Positions 38,856-52,772 of a DNA stretch of 64,000 nt are shown one piece after another; positions within the stretch are counted from its first letter, which is position 1, and every line of letters starts with the position of its first letter. Made by a program: the position numbers and the translations under genes. Source of the DNA: Rhizodiscina lignyota (lineage: Eukaryota); contig ML978123.1 in NCBI GenBank assembly GCA_010015805.1, forward strand, positions 2,666,001-2,730,000, in the 5' to 3' direction. The notes below the pieces were generated by a model. It searched no databases, was not told the DNA's origin, and worked only from the letters and a program-made list of their open reading frames with translations.

Positions 38856-40483
38856 TCATCGCTTGATGATTGTGACTGGAGCAACGTGAGCTGAATGCGA
38901 AACCAATCTCCGGCGCTGGCTTACTGATGTCTTCGTCTGCTAACTCATGAGAAAGCCCGACTCGCTGCGGCTGATGCTTGACAGATTTCCCGTAGACTAT
39001 CGCGTGCTTGAACTGCTCAACAATCGTCTTGTGGATGGAGTTACACTGGAGGATGTAAGTCAGGGGCTCCGGCCTCGTTCAAATGGATACTGACAAAGTC
39101 CTCAACAGTGCATGCCGTCTTTCGAAGCACCACTGGCTGTGTGTAGTCAGGAACTTTGCCTTTCGGCTTCGTGTAAACTCTCCGCAGCTCAAGCTTCTCC
39201 CACATCAGCTCCAGCAGCTCGTCGACGTTCCAGCCATGCTCAGAACTGATAGGACAAGCGTTGGGGATCCGATATAGCAGATCAAGCTCCTCGATGGTAA
39301 TTGCATCAATCTTGTTCAACGCGTAAATGACGGGAATATAGCTTCGGCTCTTCGCCTCCAGCACATCGATAATGTCGTCGATAGTGGCATCGCAGCGAAT
39401 GGAGATATTTGCCGACGAGATCTTGTATTCCGACATCACAGCTTTGATTTCCTGGAAGCCGTCAATACAAATTCAACCACAAGAAGGGGTAACGTGGATG
39501 TACATCATGGTCGACGTGCGTTAGAGGCACGGTGCTGGTGATGTTGATGCCACCTTTGTCCTTCTTTTGGAACGTTATGTTCGGTGGGTCTTTATTGATG
39601 CGGATGCCGAAGCCTTCCAGTTCATTCTCGATGACACGCTTGTCTGTCAACGGCTTGTTGACATCGAGAACTATGAAGATAAGATGGCATGTCTTTGCCA
39701 CTGCGATGACCTGTCGACCACGACCCTTGCCATCCTTCGCACCCTGGATGATACCAGGCAGGTCCAGAATCTGGATCTTTGCGCCGTTGTAGATGACTTG
39801 GCCAGGCACGGTCGTAAGCTGTTGTTGTGTCAGCAGGTCGAATTCGCCTCTTCACGGGCAGTTCGGCGTACCGTGGTGAATTCGTATGCAGCCGCTTCAT
39901 CAAGGTTAGCACACACAGCTCTCGGAAATCAGGCGAATCCACGCACCCTCAGAGTGTTGGCCAGTCAGTCTACTCATCAACGTACTCTTTCCCACCGAAG
40001 GAAAACCAATGAAGCCACTGCACTACAATGAGTACCGCCTCAATACCATGGAGCTGCAGTGGAGCAACTTACACACTGGCCACGCCCGTTCTCGCAACAT
40101 CAAAGCCAACTGCGGTCAATGCTTAGCATACATGATAATACCAAGCATCCTGAGACCCTTACTGCCACCGCCGCCACCACCCCCACTGGGCGTAAGGAGC
40201 TCGCGTTTTAACTTTGCAAGCTTCGCCTTGAGTTGACCTATACATCCAGATTGATAAGACACTGTCTGTGTTCTGACACCGGAACGAGCATACCAAGATG
40301 GAAGGACGTTGCCTTATTCTTCTGCGTCCGAGCCATCTAGCGAAAATCAATAAGGGATGAACAGGGTGCGAAAATCGTTTAGTCTCGCCTACTTCGGTCT
40401 CAATTTCCTTGATCTGCGCAAGGTCAGTGGGGTACAGTTATTCCTGGCTGGGCGGGGCCTACCTTATCTAGAGTGGTAGACAT
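38856..40483 (-). CDS. RBG1: Developmentally regulated GTP-binding protein DRG1/Rbg1, about 11 exons
   Basis: [61 protein letters not shown] and a C-terminal TGS domain. Confidence 0.95.
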
Positions 40484-40908
40484 CTTGAAAGGGTGGTGCT
40501 GGTCTCTTTGGGGTCAAATCGAGGGTCAACAAATATTTTCGAGGGCAAAAGCGAAAAGTGAAGATGACATAGGCGGGGTATCGTCGTAGGATAGTCGCCC
40601 GACGTTTAGCCGACTGGCAGGCGGAATTGTGGAACAGTAGTGGATAAGGTCGCAGCTGGTCGCCGACCCAAAACGTTAAATTTGTACCTAACCATCTCAC
40701 CGCAACAAAGTGTATCTGCTGACTCGGGCATACGCGGCTTAACGTCAGTTCACTATCAAGCTTCAAAAAGGGCCGAGGGGGACACGTTGCGCGAACACGT
40801 CTCCAACACTGCGTACGTTCTCAACACTCTGTTGACTATATGTAGTCCGCTTTGTTCTGCGTCGCGTGCCATTACTACTTACGCGTCTCAGCTCACCGCT
40901 CACTTGCA

Positions 40909-41584
40909 ATGGAGATAGAAACTCCGCTTGACGCCTTTCACGGGCTCGTTCGAGACCTTAGCAATGTCCTTGGGTCCTCTCGAGGCATTCAGGATGTCGA
41001 TCCGAACGAGCTCCAGCAGCTGATGAAAGACTACACTTCGGACTCCTCTGAGTGGAGAAAATACGCTCTTGGCGATGGCTCCAGGGGATATACGCGGAAC
41101 CTTGTTGATCGCGGGAATGGGAAGAGCAATCTAGTACGCCTCATTCTGCACGTGCTGAACCTGATCTGCACGATCAATTCATTTAATCTAACGTTCGCAG
41201 CTCATCCTTGTCTGGTCCCCTGGCAAATCCTCCCCCATCCATGATCACGCCAACGCCCACTGCGTTATGAAAGTCCTCAGAGGCGAGCTGAAGGAGACTT
41301 TGTATTCATGGCCCGACATGTATGCTGTCAACATGGGAAAGCCATCGCCTCCATGCGTCACGAAAGAAACGGTCTATACAGAGAACGAGGTCACATACAT
41401 GAGCGACACGCTCGGCCTGCACAAGATCTCCAACCCCGACCCGGAGAACTTCGCCGTCAGCTTGCACCTCTACACTCCGCCAAACGCAGCCATCTACGGA
41501 TGCCACATGTTCGATGAGAAGACGGGAAAAGCGAGTCACGTTACGCAATGCAACTTCTACTCAGAATCCGGACTGAAATTGTAA
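40909..41584 (+). CDS. CDO1: Cysteine dioxygenase
   Basis: [58 protein letters not shown]. Intron 41134-41200. Confidence 0.95.
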
Positions 41585-42357
41585 GGTGATCGGAAATAAT
41601 TGGACACAGCGCTTCGCAGTGCTGTAAGGCTTTGAGGACTTCGGTTACGCGTTGAGTGTTCTTGTTGGGCGTCAATTGAGCTCGTGTGGAACAATGGCTT
41701 GGACAAACGGAGTATTTTAGGTAGGATTGGATTGGATTGGAGCCGTTGGGTAGAAAGGCAGTCGCAACTCAACGCTCGGCTCCTGCTTGATGCTTTTTGC
41801 TTCGTTAGCACAGACATTCAATGAAACAATTATAAATATTCAACTCTGTGCGTTGCGACACTGGCTACGTACATCTGGCTTTAACACTGACTTTGCTAAA
41901 TGCCAGAGGCGTAAAAGAGGTGGCTTCTGGAATATTTACACCCATAGCTGCGGTACGTCTCCTTGGACTTGGTGGAATTTATAGAATTAACGGGAATTAC
42001 GGTCCGTACATGCGAATGATTCTTTATTACAAGCGCTGCCCTATGACGACATGCTTGAGTTTATACCTAGGTACTCCGTACCTACGATCTAGATTGGCCT
42101 AAGGACTACAGCCCAAACCGGTAAGGTGTTTACCCCGAAACACAATTAACAACCACTACGATCACACTCACACCACGACTTGCGCAACCTTGCAACAGAA
42201 CCACCGATTTTGGATCAAGAGAGTCTTCTCTCTTAGTCGGCAGCGTACGGATACTCATGAACGCCACTCATCCCGTGCTGCCCGAATCTCGTAACGAACA
42301 GATGCGAAGCCTTCCAATATTACACAACAGCGCAGCCACAACGGTCTACATTCCTCG

Positions 42358-45300
42358 ATGAGATTGCGACTCCCATCGCTTACGGCACTCCCTTCGACCG
42401 CCTCTGCAAAATTTGCAGTCGCATACGTAGCTTTCGCGACCGCTTCGGCTCGTCTGGCCGCTACCCGACATCCCCTTCTCATCGCATCGGTATCCTGGGC
42501 GGCAATATGGATATACTGCGCGTGCAAGTTCGGATGGAGAGAAGGCTTGGTTAATATCCGAAGGAAGAAATTGGCTCGGGTCGCCGGGCTACTCATAGCA
42601 GTCGGTTTGGTCTGTGAAAGGGCAGCTGGAGGCGGAGTTGGAGTATGGATCACTCACGTACGAATTCAAGACGACTTAGGCTCAGCTGATTGCTCACGTC
42701 TTCCCAGGCCTCAATTCCACTGTCCACTTATGTAATACTTCGGATCACATCTCCTCAGTCGTCTGATACGGACCGCGATTCCGGCCAGCCTATTCCTTCC
42801 TCTCAATGGCGAAATCGACTGGTTCGCCTTCTTGTCGCAGCCACAGTGGCTGCCGTCACAGCACTGGGCAGGTTCAACATGACGTCTCAAGTTACGATGC
42901 TAGGTCTGATGGCTACAGTCAGCACATCTATGGCACTGGTGCTGTTGGAGAAGGCGCTTCAAGATAATCTCGATGAGAAAAACGCTGTGGAGGATGGCTT
43001 CACCGCGGGCGAGGCCATTGTGGGAGAAGGCCCACGAGCACTCCAGTATCCGGAATATTTTGGAGTGTATAAAGCAACGTGTGCTGTCGCAGGTATTGCT
43101 TGTGCAGTTGCAAGCTTCACGTTCGAAGGTTCTCCGTTTCGGACTACATATACCTTGTCGAGCGGCTCAGACGGTTCACATGAATGGCTTGTAAATGAGG
43201 ACCTCAGACATAACGTATTGGCGATTGCATTGCAAATTCTCACGTCCTTTATCTTCTTACGATTGGTATGCCCTCCATAACTTCATCTCCCTCGTGTTGC
43301 TATCCAATCCTTGGAACTAATGAGTTTTAGGTCACGGAAGCAGCAGCTCTTCGTACTTCGCTTTGCTTTCCCTGTTCGACACTAATTGCGAACATTTCGA
43401 TACATTTCTCATTGGGTGCTCTATGGCTCTTAAGCTTGTTTGGAACGAGCGGTGCACTCCTGTGGAGATACGATGGAGTTACCACACCCAGTCACAGCAC
43501 AACTATGGCAGCATCGACATTCGAAAGATTAATGGGACTGTTACTCCCAGTCCTCGCGCTTGGCTCGTTGGCATTCAGAGCAATGCCCTCTCTCGAACTT
43601 ACATCATCGTTTCCTTACCCGCATTACCACGGGCTGTCTAATGTGACGGAGTTCATCCCATCCAAAATCTGGGAACCACTTCAGCTCCCGGATCGAAAGA
43701 CGCATCCGATTGAGCTTCTCACAGGTGTAGCGCAGCACAATTTTAATGTTACTCTCATGCGTCAGTCGAGCAACTTGCATGAAGCCGTAGAAGAATATCG
43801 CAGACGGTACGGAATTCATCCTCCACCGAAGTTCGATGTGTGGTACGAGTTTGCAAAGTCAAAAGGCATAGTACTTATTGATGAGTTCGATACGATTCAC
43901 GATAACTTACTGCCATTCTGGGCTTTCACTCCAGGTACAATACGAGCCCGCTTGACGGAGGCACTTGGATACGACGAGAATGGCTTGCTGAATCTTTTTA
44001 TCCGGGATGGCCATGTCACAATGATCGAAGGAGGCACTGACTGGATCAGGAAGGCACTGGTCGGGATGATAGAAGGCTTTGTGGAGCATCTCCCAGATAT
44101 GGATATTGCCTTCAATATCCACGATGAGCCACGTGTCGTGGTGCCGCACAGTGAACTGTCACACATGGTTCATATTGCAAAGACCAAATGGATGCCTGCT
44201 GCGAACAGCAATGCCTCCCCTCGAAACAGTTTTTCGTCCCGGCCCAAAGATATGAATGATGGGAAGAGCTACAAAGAGTTCAGTACCACTCGCTTCAACA
44301 AGTTCAGCCACCAGGCTACTTGGTCACATTCCCGCCTCTCTTGTCCTCCCGAGAGCCCGGCACGCGACTTTACAGAGCAGTCTGTGGACAACCTGACCTC
44401 CTACGCTCTTGGCGATCCTGGCTTCATTTACAACATCACAGGCTTCTCTGATATATGCAATTCTCCTTCGCTGCGCGAGTCGTACGGCTTCTTCGACCGT
44501 CCAAACATGTTTATCACCACCCAAGACCTCATTCCTGTCTTCTCGCAGAGCAAGCTCAGCTCCTTCCAAGACATCCTCTACCCAAGCCCGTGGTATTGGG
44601 CCAACAAGGTCGAATACAAAGAGAATAACGACATGCTCTGGGAGCAGAAGGAGAGCAAGCTATACTGGCGTGGCTCCACAACCGGCGGATACAGCAGATC
44701 CGGAGGGTGGCGTCGCCACCACCGTCAACGATGTGTACAGAAGATCAACTCTCCGAACGATGCTAACATTATGGCGAACCGTGGTGTTGAAGACGGCGTT
44801 GCAGATTGGCGCATGGAGAAAGTCAGCCGCGCTGACTTCACTCGGAGCATCGACGTGCATTTTTCCTCAGTCGGGCAATGTGATGCGGGCGATTGCCACG
44901 CTCAGAAGGAGTTCTTCCGTGTTGTTGACCATGCAGAGCAGCAGAATGCGTGGGGTTTCAAGTACTTGCTTGATATGGACGGGAATGCATTCAGCGGCCG
45001 ATTCTACGCCTTCTTGAAGAGCCACAGTTTGGTGTATAAGGTGGCACTGTTCAGGGAATGGCATGCAGACTGGTTGACCCCGTGGTTGCACTACGTGCCA
45101 TTGAGCTTGAGGGGCGATGAGTGGCTAGAGAGTGTAAGATACTTTGCGGGTGAGGAGCAGGGGAAGGATTTGGGCAGGAAGATAGCGGAAGAAGGAAGGG
45201 AATGGGCAAACAAGGCGTTACGGAACGAGGATATGGAGGTCTGGTTTTTCAGGCTGCTTTTGGAGTATGTCCCCTCTTTCCCTGTTTCACTTTGATACTG

Positions 45301-45377
45301 ATTGCTGACGTTGCTGATCTAGGTACGGTCGACTACTTGATGATGATAGAGAGGTTATTGGATACCCCGGTCAATGA
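42358..45377 (+). CDS. Glycosyltransferase family 90 (Cap10/Cxt1-like xylosyltransferase) with multi-TM N-terminus, 4 exons
   Basis: HPIELL, EYRRRYGIHPPPKFDVWY, NIHDEPRV, LYWRGSTTGG, KYLLDMDGNAFSGRF, PWLHYVP, RLLLE|YGR. Confidence 0.92.
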
Positions 45378-46010
45378 TAGACATTGGAACCATGTATACT
45401 TATGGATGATGTTAAACATGAACTGTGATTGTTCCGCTCGGGAAATTCCCTTACCAAGAAGCAGATGCTAGTTCCTAGTCCACATGGTTTTGACATGAAA
45501 CCTCCAAGTAATACAAACGTGATATACATATCAGTACTCTCTTCCCCTACAGAGTATCCTCTATCCTTCAACTCTCTCTAGCGACCCGAATCCTTAGAAA
45601 TTTTGCCAAGCACCCACCATAAAATGCCTGTCGGTTACAAACATGGTTAAAACCTCCGAGGATGCAGCGTCTTTGATGGTTTGCCATTTGCCGAGGCTCG
45701 CCGACTCGTACCTGAGCTGATCTCCCGTCTCAGCTTTATACCCGGCGGCGACGGCGGTGTATTCAGCTACGACTTTATGAACGCGCTCTATGTTGAATTT
45801 CCGGAGAAATCATTGACGCCGTCTTATGTTTGTATCACATTCTTTCCAGTATTCACGATAGAGCCGCTCTGGTGTCATGACTTGAAACATTCTGCTCGCT
45901 CGTCTTCCCTTTACTCCAAAGCGGCTGAGAGATCACTGTTGCTCAATCATACTATTTCGCGCATCCAATATCTCATATATTAACTATAAAACCATATCTT
46001 GCCACTTACA

Positions 46011-47060
46011 ATGGCAATAAAAGGCCCGCAGCCCCTACCACCCTTGACAGAGAGGATAGCTGACCACCTCGATGTCAAACCTTCCTCTCTTCCCGGTCAC
46101 TACGAGTCTGTTAGCACGGGCAACAAACGTGGTGCCAAGGACGCGTCTGCATACGGCGGCTGGTCCATTGGCGTCGGCGTCCGCGCTGCCTTCGCCTCGC
46201 TCTCGACAGCGAAGTACCCGTCGCAGAACTACCACCTCTATTCGGCCGTAGGCAACTTCCTGGGGCCTGCACTGGGCGGCGAGAAGGCGCTCTGCGCCGT
46301 GCGCTCGATCCGCGACACGCGCACGTTCGCGACGAGACTGGTCGAGGTGAAGCAGCAGGTGAGAGGAGAGGTGCGGACCGTGATGACCATCCTGTGCGAC
46401 TTCCAGGCGGAGGAAAACGGGGTGGACCTGGTCTACTCGGCGCCGCCGAGGGGGACGTACGCGCACTGGAGCAAGATCGAGCCGGTGGACGAGCGGCGGG
46501 AGACGCTGCTGAAGAAGGGGATCGTCACGGAGGAGGAGGCCAAGTTCCACGCAAGCGCGCTGCGCATGATCTATCACTACTTCGACAACCGGCCGTGCCC
46601 GGAGGGCATCTTCGGGCAGAACCTGAGCGGGCTTGCGAGCCATGTCAAGACGACGCAAGACCACCTGCCGATGACGCAGAAGACGACGGCGGACTGGTTC
46701 AGAGTAAGAGACGGGAAGGCCGGAGGGCTGAGCACGCCTGCGGAGCATGTGGGCGCAGTTGCTTTTTTGATGGATTGCTTCCTAGCATTCTCACCACTCG
46801 TCTTTACACATCGAAGCTTCTTCGACGCTGCTGCCGTAGGAAGCATTGATTTTGCCTTTCGACTTTTTGAAAGGAACGATAAGATCGACTTCAGCCAGTG
46901 GCATTTACGAGAAGTCGTTACAGTTGCTGCGGCGGAAGGGCGAACATACTCAGAGGCAAGGCTTTGGAACGAGGATGGAAAGATTATTGCAAATATGACC
47001 CAGCAAAGCATTTTGAGACCGCTACCCGGATCGAAAAAAGAGCCATTAAGTCTTCTTTAA
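46011..47060 (+). CDS. Acyl-CoA thioesterase II (TesB-like, double hot-dog fold)
   Basis: AYGGWSIG, GNFLGPA, IRDTRTFATRLVEV, AFLMD, SIDFAFR, GRTYSEARLW..GKIIANMTQQSILR. Confidence 0.9.
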   Translation: MAIKGPQPLPPLTERIADHLDVKPSSLPGHYESVSTGNKRGAKDASAYGGWSIGVGVRAAFASLSTAKYPSQNYHLYSAVGNFLGPALGGEKALCAVRSIRDTRTFATRLVEVKQQVRGEVRTVMTILCDFQAEENGVDLVYSAPPRGTYAHWSKIEPVDERRETLLKKGIVTEEEAKFHASALRMIYHYFDNRPCPEGIFGQNLSGLASHVKTTQDHLPMTQKTTADWFRVRDGKAGGLSTPAEHVGAVAFLMDCFLAFSPLVFTHRSFFDAAAVGSIDFAFRLFERNDKIDFSQWHLREVVTVAAAEGRTYSEARLWNEDGKIIANMTQQSILRPLPGSKKEPLSLL

Positions 47061-47191
47061 AGAGACTCAAGAGAGTAATTACAGTGGAGATCAGAAGCCA
47101 CCGGTGCAATATACCCAGGGTTTCAGAAACCTAGAATCCGAGCTCATTTATCCCATCCCTTGACTCCGTTCAGATTGCCTCCGCCTAACCT

Positions 47192-50100
47192 TTACTGATT
47201 AATCGTTGCATTCTCGGTTGAAATGCCATCAACCCCATTGCCAGCTTGCGCAGCTGCAGTCGTATCATCATCCTCGCTGTCGCTCATCTCTGCGTCTTGC
47301 TGCTCTGCAACTTCGTCCTTAACAATCTCAGCAGCCTCGGCTTGGTCAGTATACTCCGCAGCTTCTGGACCGTTTTCAGCTATTTCATCTGCAGTTGCAG
47401 TGACTTGTTGATCCACCATGGGAACGTCCTCGTCAATCCCTGCATTGTCTGCATGGGCTGAAGCATTTAGGTCATGCATTTCCTCATTTCCATCAGTCTT
47501 ACCATCTTCCGCATGCTCCTTCTCATCTTTGACGTTGACCTTGCCCAGATCAGGGGTGGGCGAAAGGGAAGGAGCGCCGACAAGCTTCCTAAAGACTTTA
47601 TGCGTCTCCTTGATCTGCACCCAGACCTCGGACTTCAACTCCATGTCGGCTTCCTTCTCTGGTGTTGTACGTCGAGCTTGGAGCTGGCTTCCAAATGCAG
47701 TTCGATAATCGCGTCGCATTGCTTGGAGCACATACATCGTCTGTTTGCCCATTTGGTCGTGCACGGTCTGGCAGATGCTATCAAGATGCTTTTTTACGGT
47801 GTCTGTTGCATGACGAAACATCGTGTTCTGCTCGGCGGCAATGTATGAACCCATCGCATGCTTCATGCGAGCGAAGGAGCCCGTACCTATATCCTATTAG
47901 CTGTTGATTCACACGCAGATTCAAACTTAATTACGTACCGCGCTCGTTCGTGCAGGTCTCATATGCAGGGAGCAAGTGATCCTTTATGACGGGAGTGAAT
48001 TCCCGATTGGCAGTACGTTGCATCTCAGTGATGACATTGACCATTTGGCCTGCGGCATTCCTGAACGACTGAGAGTAGCTGTTCAGTTGTTGAGCAAGCA
48101 TCCCCATGCCAGCGAAACCGACTCCCTGCAGCCGAGCCTCGGTCTCAACCACTTTATGAAAGTCGTGTAAGAGGCGACTGGCTCTGCTTGTGAATTCGTT
48201 GAGAATAATAGGCAAACGACGCTGGAAGGCTCTCTCCCAGCCTCCACTGAGGTGCTTAAGAAGCGGCTCGGCCCTGTATAGTTGGTATACATGAAATAAG
48301 GTTTTGAAGGTAAAGAGTTTCACTTACAGTTCACCGTTGAAGTCATGTAGACCAGCTCCATTGGTGTACACCCCGTCTCGTCGGACTATTGCTTTGTAAG
48401 TGGACCAGTGATAGCCGCCTTCCAACCGATGCGCACCCCACCGCATTCTCGTTGGACCTGCATGAGATGCTGCGTTGGCGATTGCAGCTGGATATTGTTC
48501 ACAAATCGATTCTTCGAAATTTTTGCCTGTCTCGCCAACGCAATCGTTTAGTGCCTCTGTGAGATTCTGCGGATTATCAGTTTACAAGACAACCTGAATA
48601 TAGAATGATCCATACCTGCTCCAGCTTCTTTAGCTGTCCCTCCAGGAATGTTGCGCGAGCTTCACGCTGAGCCGCAGACATGAAGGTTCCATTTCCTGTA
48701 TCCGCAGACCAGAGTGCGAGCGAGTTGAAGAGCTGGCTAAGCTGATTCAAGAAGGCCCGAGCACTAGCAATTCTTCCGCTCTCGGTCAGCTTCCTGCAGT
48801 GATCTTGAAGCTGCGGAACTTCGGTCTGCTCGACCGTAGTGAAGCCAGATACCGCGGAATCTTTCTCAAGTCGGCCAGAAAGCTTCTGGTACGCTCGGCT
48901 GCTAACACAGAAGACGGGCAAGCTTGTGGCAACTTGGTCATAATCGCGGAGGTCTACTTCTGGATCAAAGTTCGCCTCGTCTTCCTCAATGGCCATTTCC
49001 TGGTCCAGCTCTTTGATACCGGCGGCAAAGTCCTGCTGGATGGCTTTCTTTGAGTATTTGTTTCGGCCTTCAATGCAGACGGCGCTCATTTCTGACTTCA
49101 ACTCGGCAAGCCTCGCCTTCGCCTCCTTCAAGCGCTTGCTCATTGCCTTTCGCTTGTCAATTATATCTTCTTTTTGCCTCTTAGCTTCGGATCTCTGGTC
49201 CTTGAGTTGTTCGAGCTTAGTGGAAATTTGTTCCGCTGTGAGGGGAAGCTCTTGAACGTCATCTTCATTGTCTGACTCGTCGTCGGATGCATCGTCAGAG
49301 TCAAAGTCGAGGTCTTGCGAATCGAATAGGTCTCGGTTACGACGCTTGTGGTCTTTTGTGCGCTTACGCTTCTTCTCTCGTGGCGCGTAGACAGGATTGC
49401 CCGCTTCAAGCTTGTCCTCCAGGTCTCTCCATTGTTCAAGTTGTGTCGAGGTGTCATCAATGATATCCGTGTACATTTCACGCGTCTTCAGAAGCTCATC
49501 GGCCTCCTTCTCAAGTTTCTGAATCTCATACCTCAAGTCCTGGGCCTCTCCGTAAGACTCTTGGATCTGCTCATCAAGTCCAAGAGTGTCCGCAGCTTCA
49601 GTGATTGAAATGTCATCGGTCTTGGAGCAGATGAAAGTAACATTGGCATATGTACCATCATACTTCATCTGGCGTTTGAACTGTTGTCCAAGGAGGTTCT
49701 TAGCAGCTTTATCATCTACTGCTCGGTTGATCGGTGCCACAATCCAGAGCCCAGTGCACTGCTTCATGTAGCCCTCTGCGACTGCAGCACGCGCACTGTT
49801 CGAATCTTGGACACCTGGAAGGTCGACCACTACTGCCCCGGTTGACAAGGCTGCAGATTTTGTGTAGATCTTAACCACTCGAATCAAGGGCCAGTACTCC
49901 ATCTTCTTTGCACTCTTCCCTTTCTTCTGGCTTTCCCCCTCCTCGTTTGACACCTTCTCCTTGCTGTCGACATACAGCTGGAGATGCTTGTAGAAAGGGC
50001 CGGACTCATCTTGCTCGATAGTCTTCGTAGTTCCGAGGACAGCCCGGACATCAGAGTGACGTAACAGCTGTTCGACACTGCTCTCGGCGATCATCTCTTT

Positions 50101-51492
50101 CGTCAATCGTGGGTACACTGCCTTGATCTTGGCGTAAGCGATGCCCGCGTCTGAATCGGCGTTGGTGCAGTCGCGCGACACTTCTCCGCTCTGATCGATA
50201 AGGTCCTTGAACAATACAGCAAGCTCCTTTGCCCAATCTTCTTCTTTGATGAACTCAATTTGCGCTCGGTACCGCAGGTCCGGATCATCGCTGTCGTTCC
50301 AAGAAATTTCCGTGACGACGGCTGTGCATGCTCGCATGCAGTTCGTGGGGACTAGACGTTCTTCATCTAGCATGGCATTGATGACACTGCTCTTCCCTGC
50401 TCCAGTGTTGCCCACAACGCCAATAACAGTGCGGCCTTTGACCGCCTGCTTTCGAAGGTTCTCGATTTGAGTCAGCCACTGAGCTGCATCGCGACTGATG
50501 TGCGACTTTCTACTCATGGAGTCTCCAAATTCTTGAAGCAGCGCGGCGCCTTGCTTAACACCAGACTCTAACACTTCGACGGGGAATTCGTCATTTGCAT
50601 CGAGAAGTCTCTGCAGATGAACATTTTGCGGAGGAGGGGGCGGAGGTGTCGGATTCTCCATCTGGCTCATATCCTCGGACGTACTTTGATCTGGTGGGAC
50701 TGAATCTCCACCTGCAGATCCGAAGTAACCGGTGACTGGCACGGCAACTGAGACAGGTGTTGGTGTGCTCTCCTGACCGGGATATGACGATGAAGACGAC
50801 TGCCTAGACTGGTGATTTACTTGCGTTGGATTCGCTTGACGAGTCCGATAGTGTCGTGATGATGAAGTTACTTGGCGCGTATTGTGATCCAGTGGTGCTG
50901 CACTGCTTGTCGCCCAGCGGACTGGCCTCGCATATGCTCTTGGTGATCGATCGCTTTGTGTTTGGTCCTCGAGGGATGGTGATGGATTTGACGAGGGGGC
51001 CTTGAGGGTTGAATTTAACTCTGTAAAACCCGGCAATTGTGTTGGTGTTGAGCCAGAGGACTTCTGCGTGTCGTTCAGTGTTGGAGAGGACACTGAAATT
51101 TGACGGTTCGTTGGCTGTAACGGCTCGCGCTGTCGTGCGGGAGAGCCTTGTGGATTGACAATGGGCTGTCCCTCATTGCTCTTCGCAGTAGCGCGGAGGA
51201 CAATCAAGTTGTCTTTATGTAAGTTGAGGTCTCCGATACTGATGTCCTTGTGGGGAGTGTTGTCGCCGAATTTCAGCTCGCATTCAACTTGCGTCCTTTT
51301 CAAGTATTCATCTCTGAGAATGCCAACGGTGACCTTTTTGTGGCCTTTGATCCACAGGAAGTCCTCAGCAGTGGCCGACCTAGCGGGGTTCAGGGTGGCA
51401 TTGTGGTACAAGATCCCAACCCAATATCTTGTGCGCGGCAATTGCTCTGGAGGCTTGACTGCCTTTGCAAGATCATGCAATCGCGTGTCCAT
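47192..51492 (-). CDS. Dynamin-superfamily GTPase, SLIP-GC/NUGGC-like, with coiled-coil stalk; 4 or more exons
   Basis: G1 GNTGAGKS, G2 PTNCMRACT, G3 DLPG, G4 SKTD, later VFCVSSRAY and WGAHRLEGGYHWSTYKA. Introns at about 48569-48613, 48274-48327 and 47890-47937. Start codon uncertain; first ATG of the long ORF used. Confidence 0.87.
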
Positions 51493-52772
51493 ACTTGCCG
51501 AGGCCTCTTGCGCCGGGCAATGGGTCAGTGTCGAATCGGTACAGCGATGGAGGATGTAGTTTGGGCGAGACACACGCTCAGGACGCGTTCGCGTTGAGGC
51601 TTGATTGGCGCGACGTGCACGCTCTTGGCACGAATCTCCTTTCGACGAATTTGTGCGCGTCAGCTCGTTTTCAAGCTGCCGTCCTGTTCGCACGATGGAT
51701 TTCGAAATTGCCGAGTGAGATGGCTTGACTGAAAAGATGTGCTCAGAATTCGTTCCGCTCACGGTGAGAGCAAGGAGTAGGTGAAGCTAGAGTCAACTTC
51801 GATAAGTCGGCTCCCAGCACCACCGGCACTTCCGTTTGGCAGCGTTGCACTTGCTCGGTTACAGAGCGCAGCTGAATTGCTCGGCTGCAGAAACGTTGCT
51901 GAAGGTTAGTACGTAAGTATCGAAGCAAGATGTGATCGTGAAGAAGGAAGATAGAGCTCTCTGCGTTGACTTCAGCGGCCTGGCCCCGCATGTGATTGCG
52001 CTGGGCTTTAACACCTGCACCAATCCGGAGATCTGAAGGCCAGTGTTCGATGTCATTAAATCGTTCAAACACGCAGAATCCAACTTGCCTTAGGCCGTAG
52101 AGACACCGTGAACACCTACATTGTGCATCCGTTGCGGTGCAGAGTGTCCACCAAGGATCTACGGAGTATTCAGTGTCGAAACATTGCGCATCAGCACTGT
52201 TGTCTCTTGAAAAGAGTATGAGTACACTTTGCATCAGCTGGCACTTACAGAGACAGATCCCATTTCTTTCATTCACGCGGAGACGAGACTGCTGTGCCGC
52301 CAACTGTGATGCCAGTTTGTAGTGATACAGTAGGGGAGGACGGGAGACGGGTGTGGCGAATGTTGAGACGAAACGAAACGTGACGCGTCGCCGAATTCGA
52401 ACCTTAGGAAACCTTCAGCCTCCTGCTTACTCCTGCAAGATTAGACTACTGCTGCTTAAATGCTCGCTATCTCGCAATGCGCTTTTCACGATGCGTAACC
52501 GATGGCTGATGGCCTGGATGCGCTAATCCACGTCATTCATTCCCGGACTTTGTGGTCGCATTTCTCGCTTCAGCTTCGCCTTCGCACCTGCCCTCCAACA
52601 TCTAAGCCCGACCGCATTCAAGTGACATTTGCGTCGTACGGCCGCACAATGCCATTCAACGCCTATATATGAACCTGCCGCGCATCTAAACTCAAGTCAA
52701 TTACTTACCATTTCGACTGTCAATCCACTTTTCCAAGAGCTTCGAGCAAAATCACGGGGACAACTTCCAAAT

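Noticed and set aside
51743..52303. 186-aa Cys-rich ORF upstream of the GTPase
   Set aside because: Non-ATG start and internal splice signals; more likely a 5' UTR with introns.
52388..52405. B-box-like GGTTCGAATTC on the minus strand (tRNA?)
   Set aside because: No T-stem, cloverleaf or A-box.
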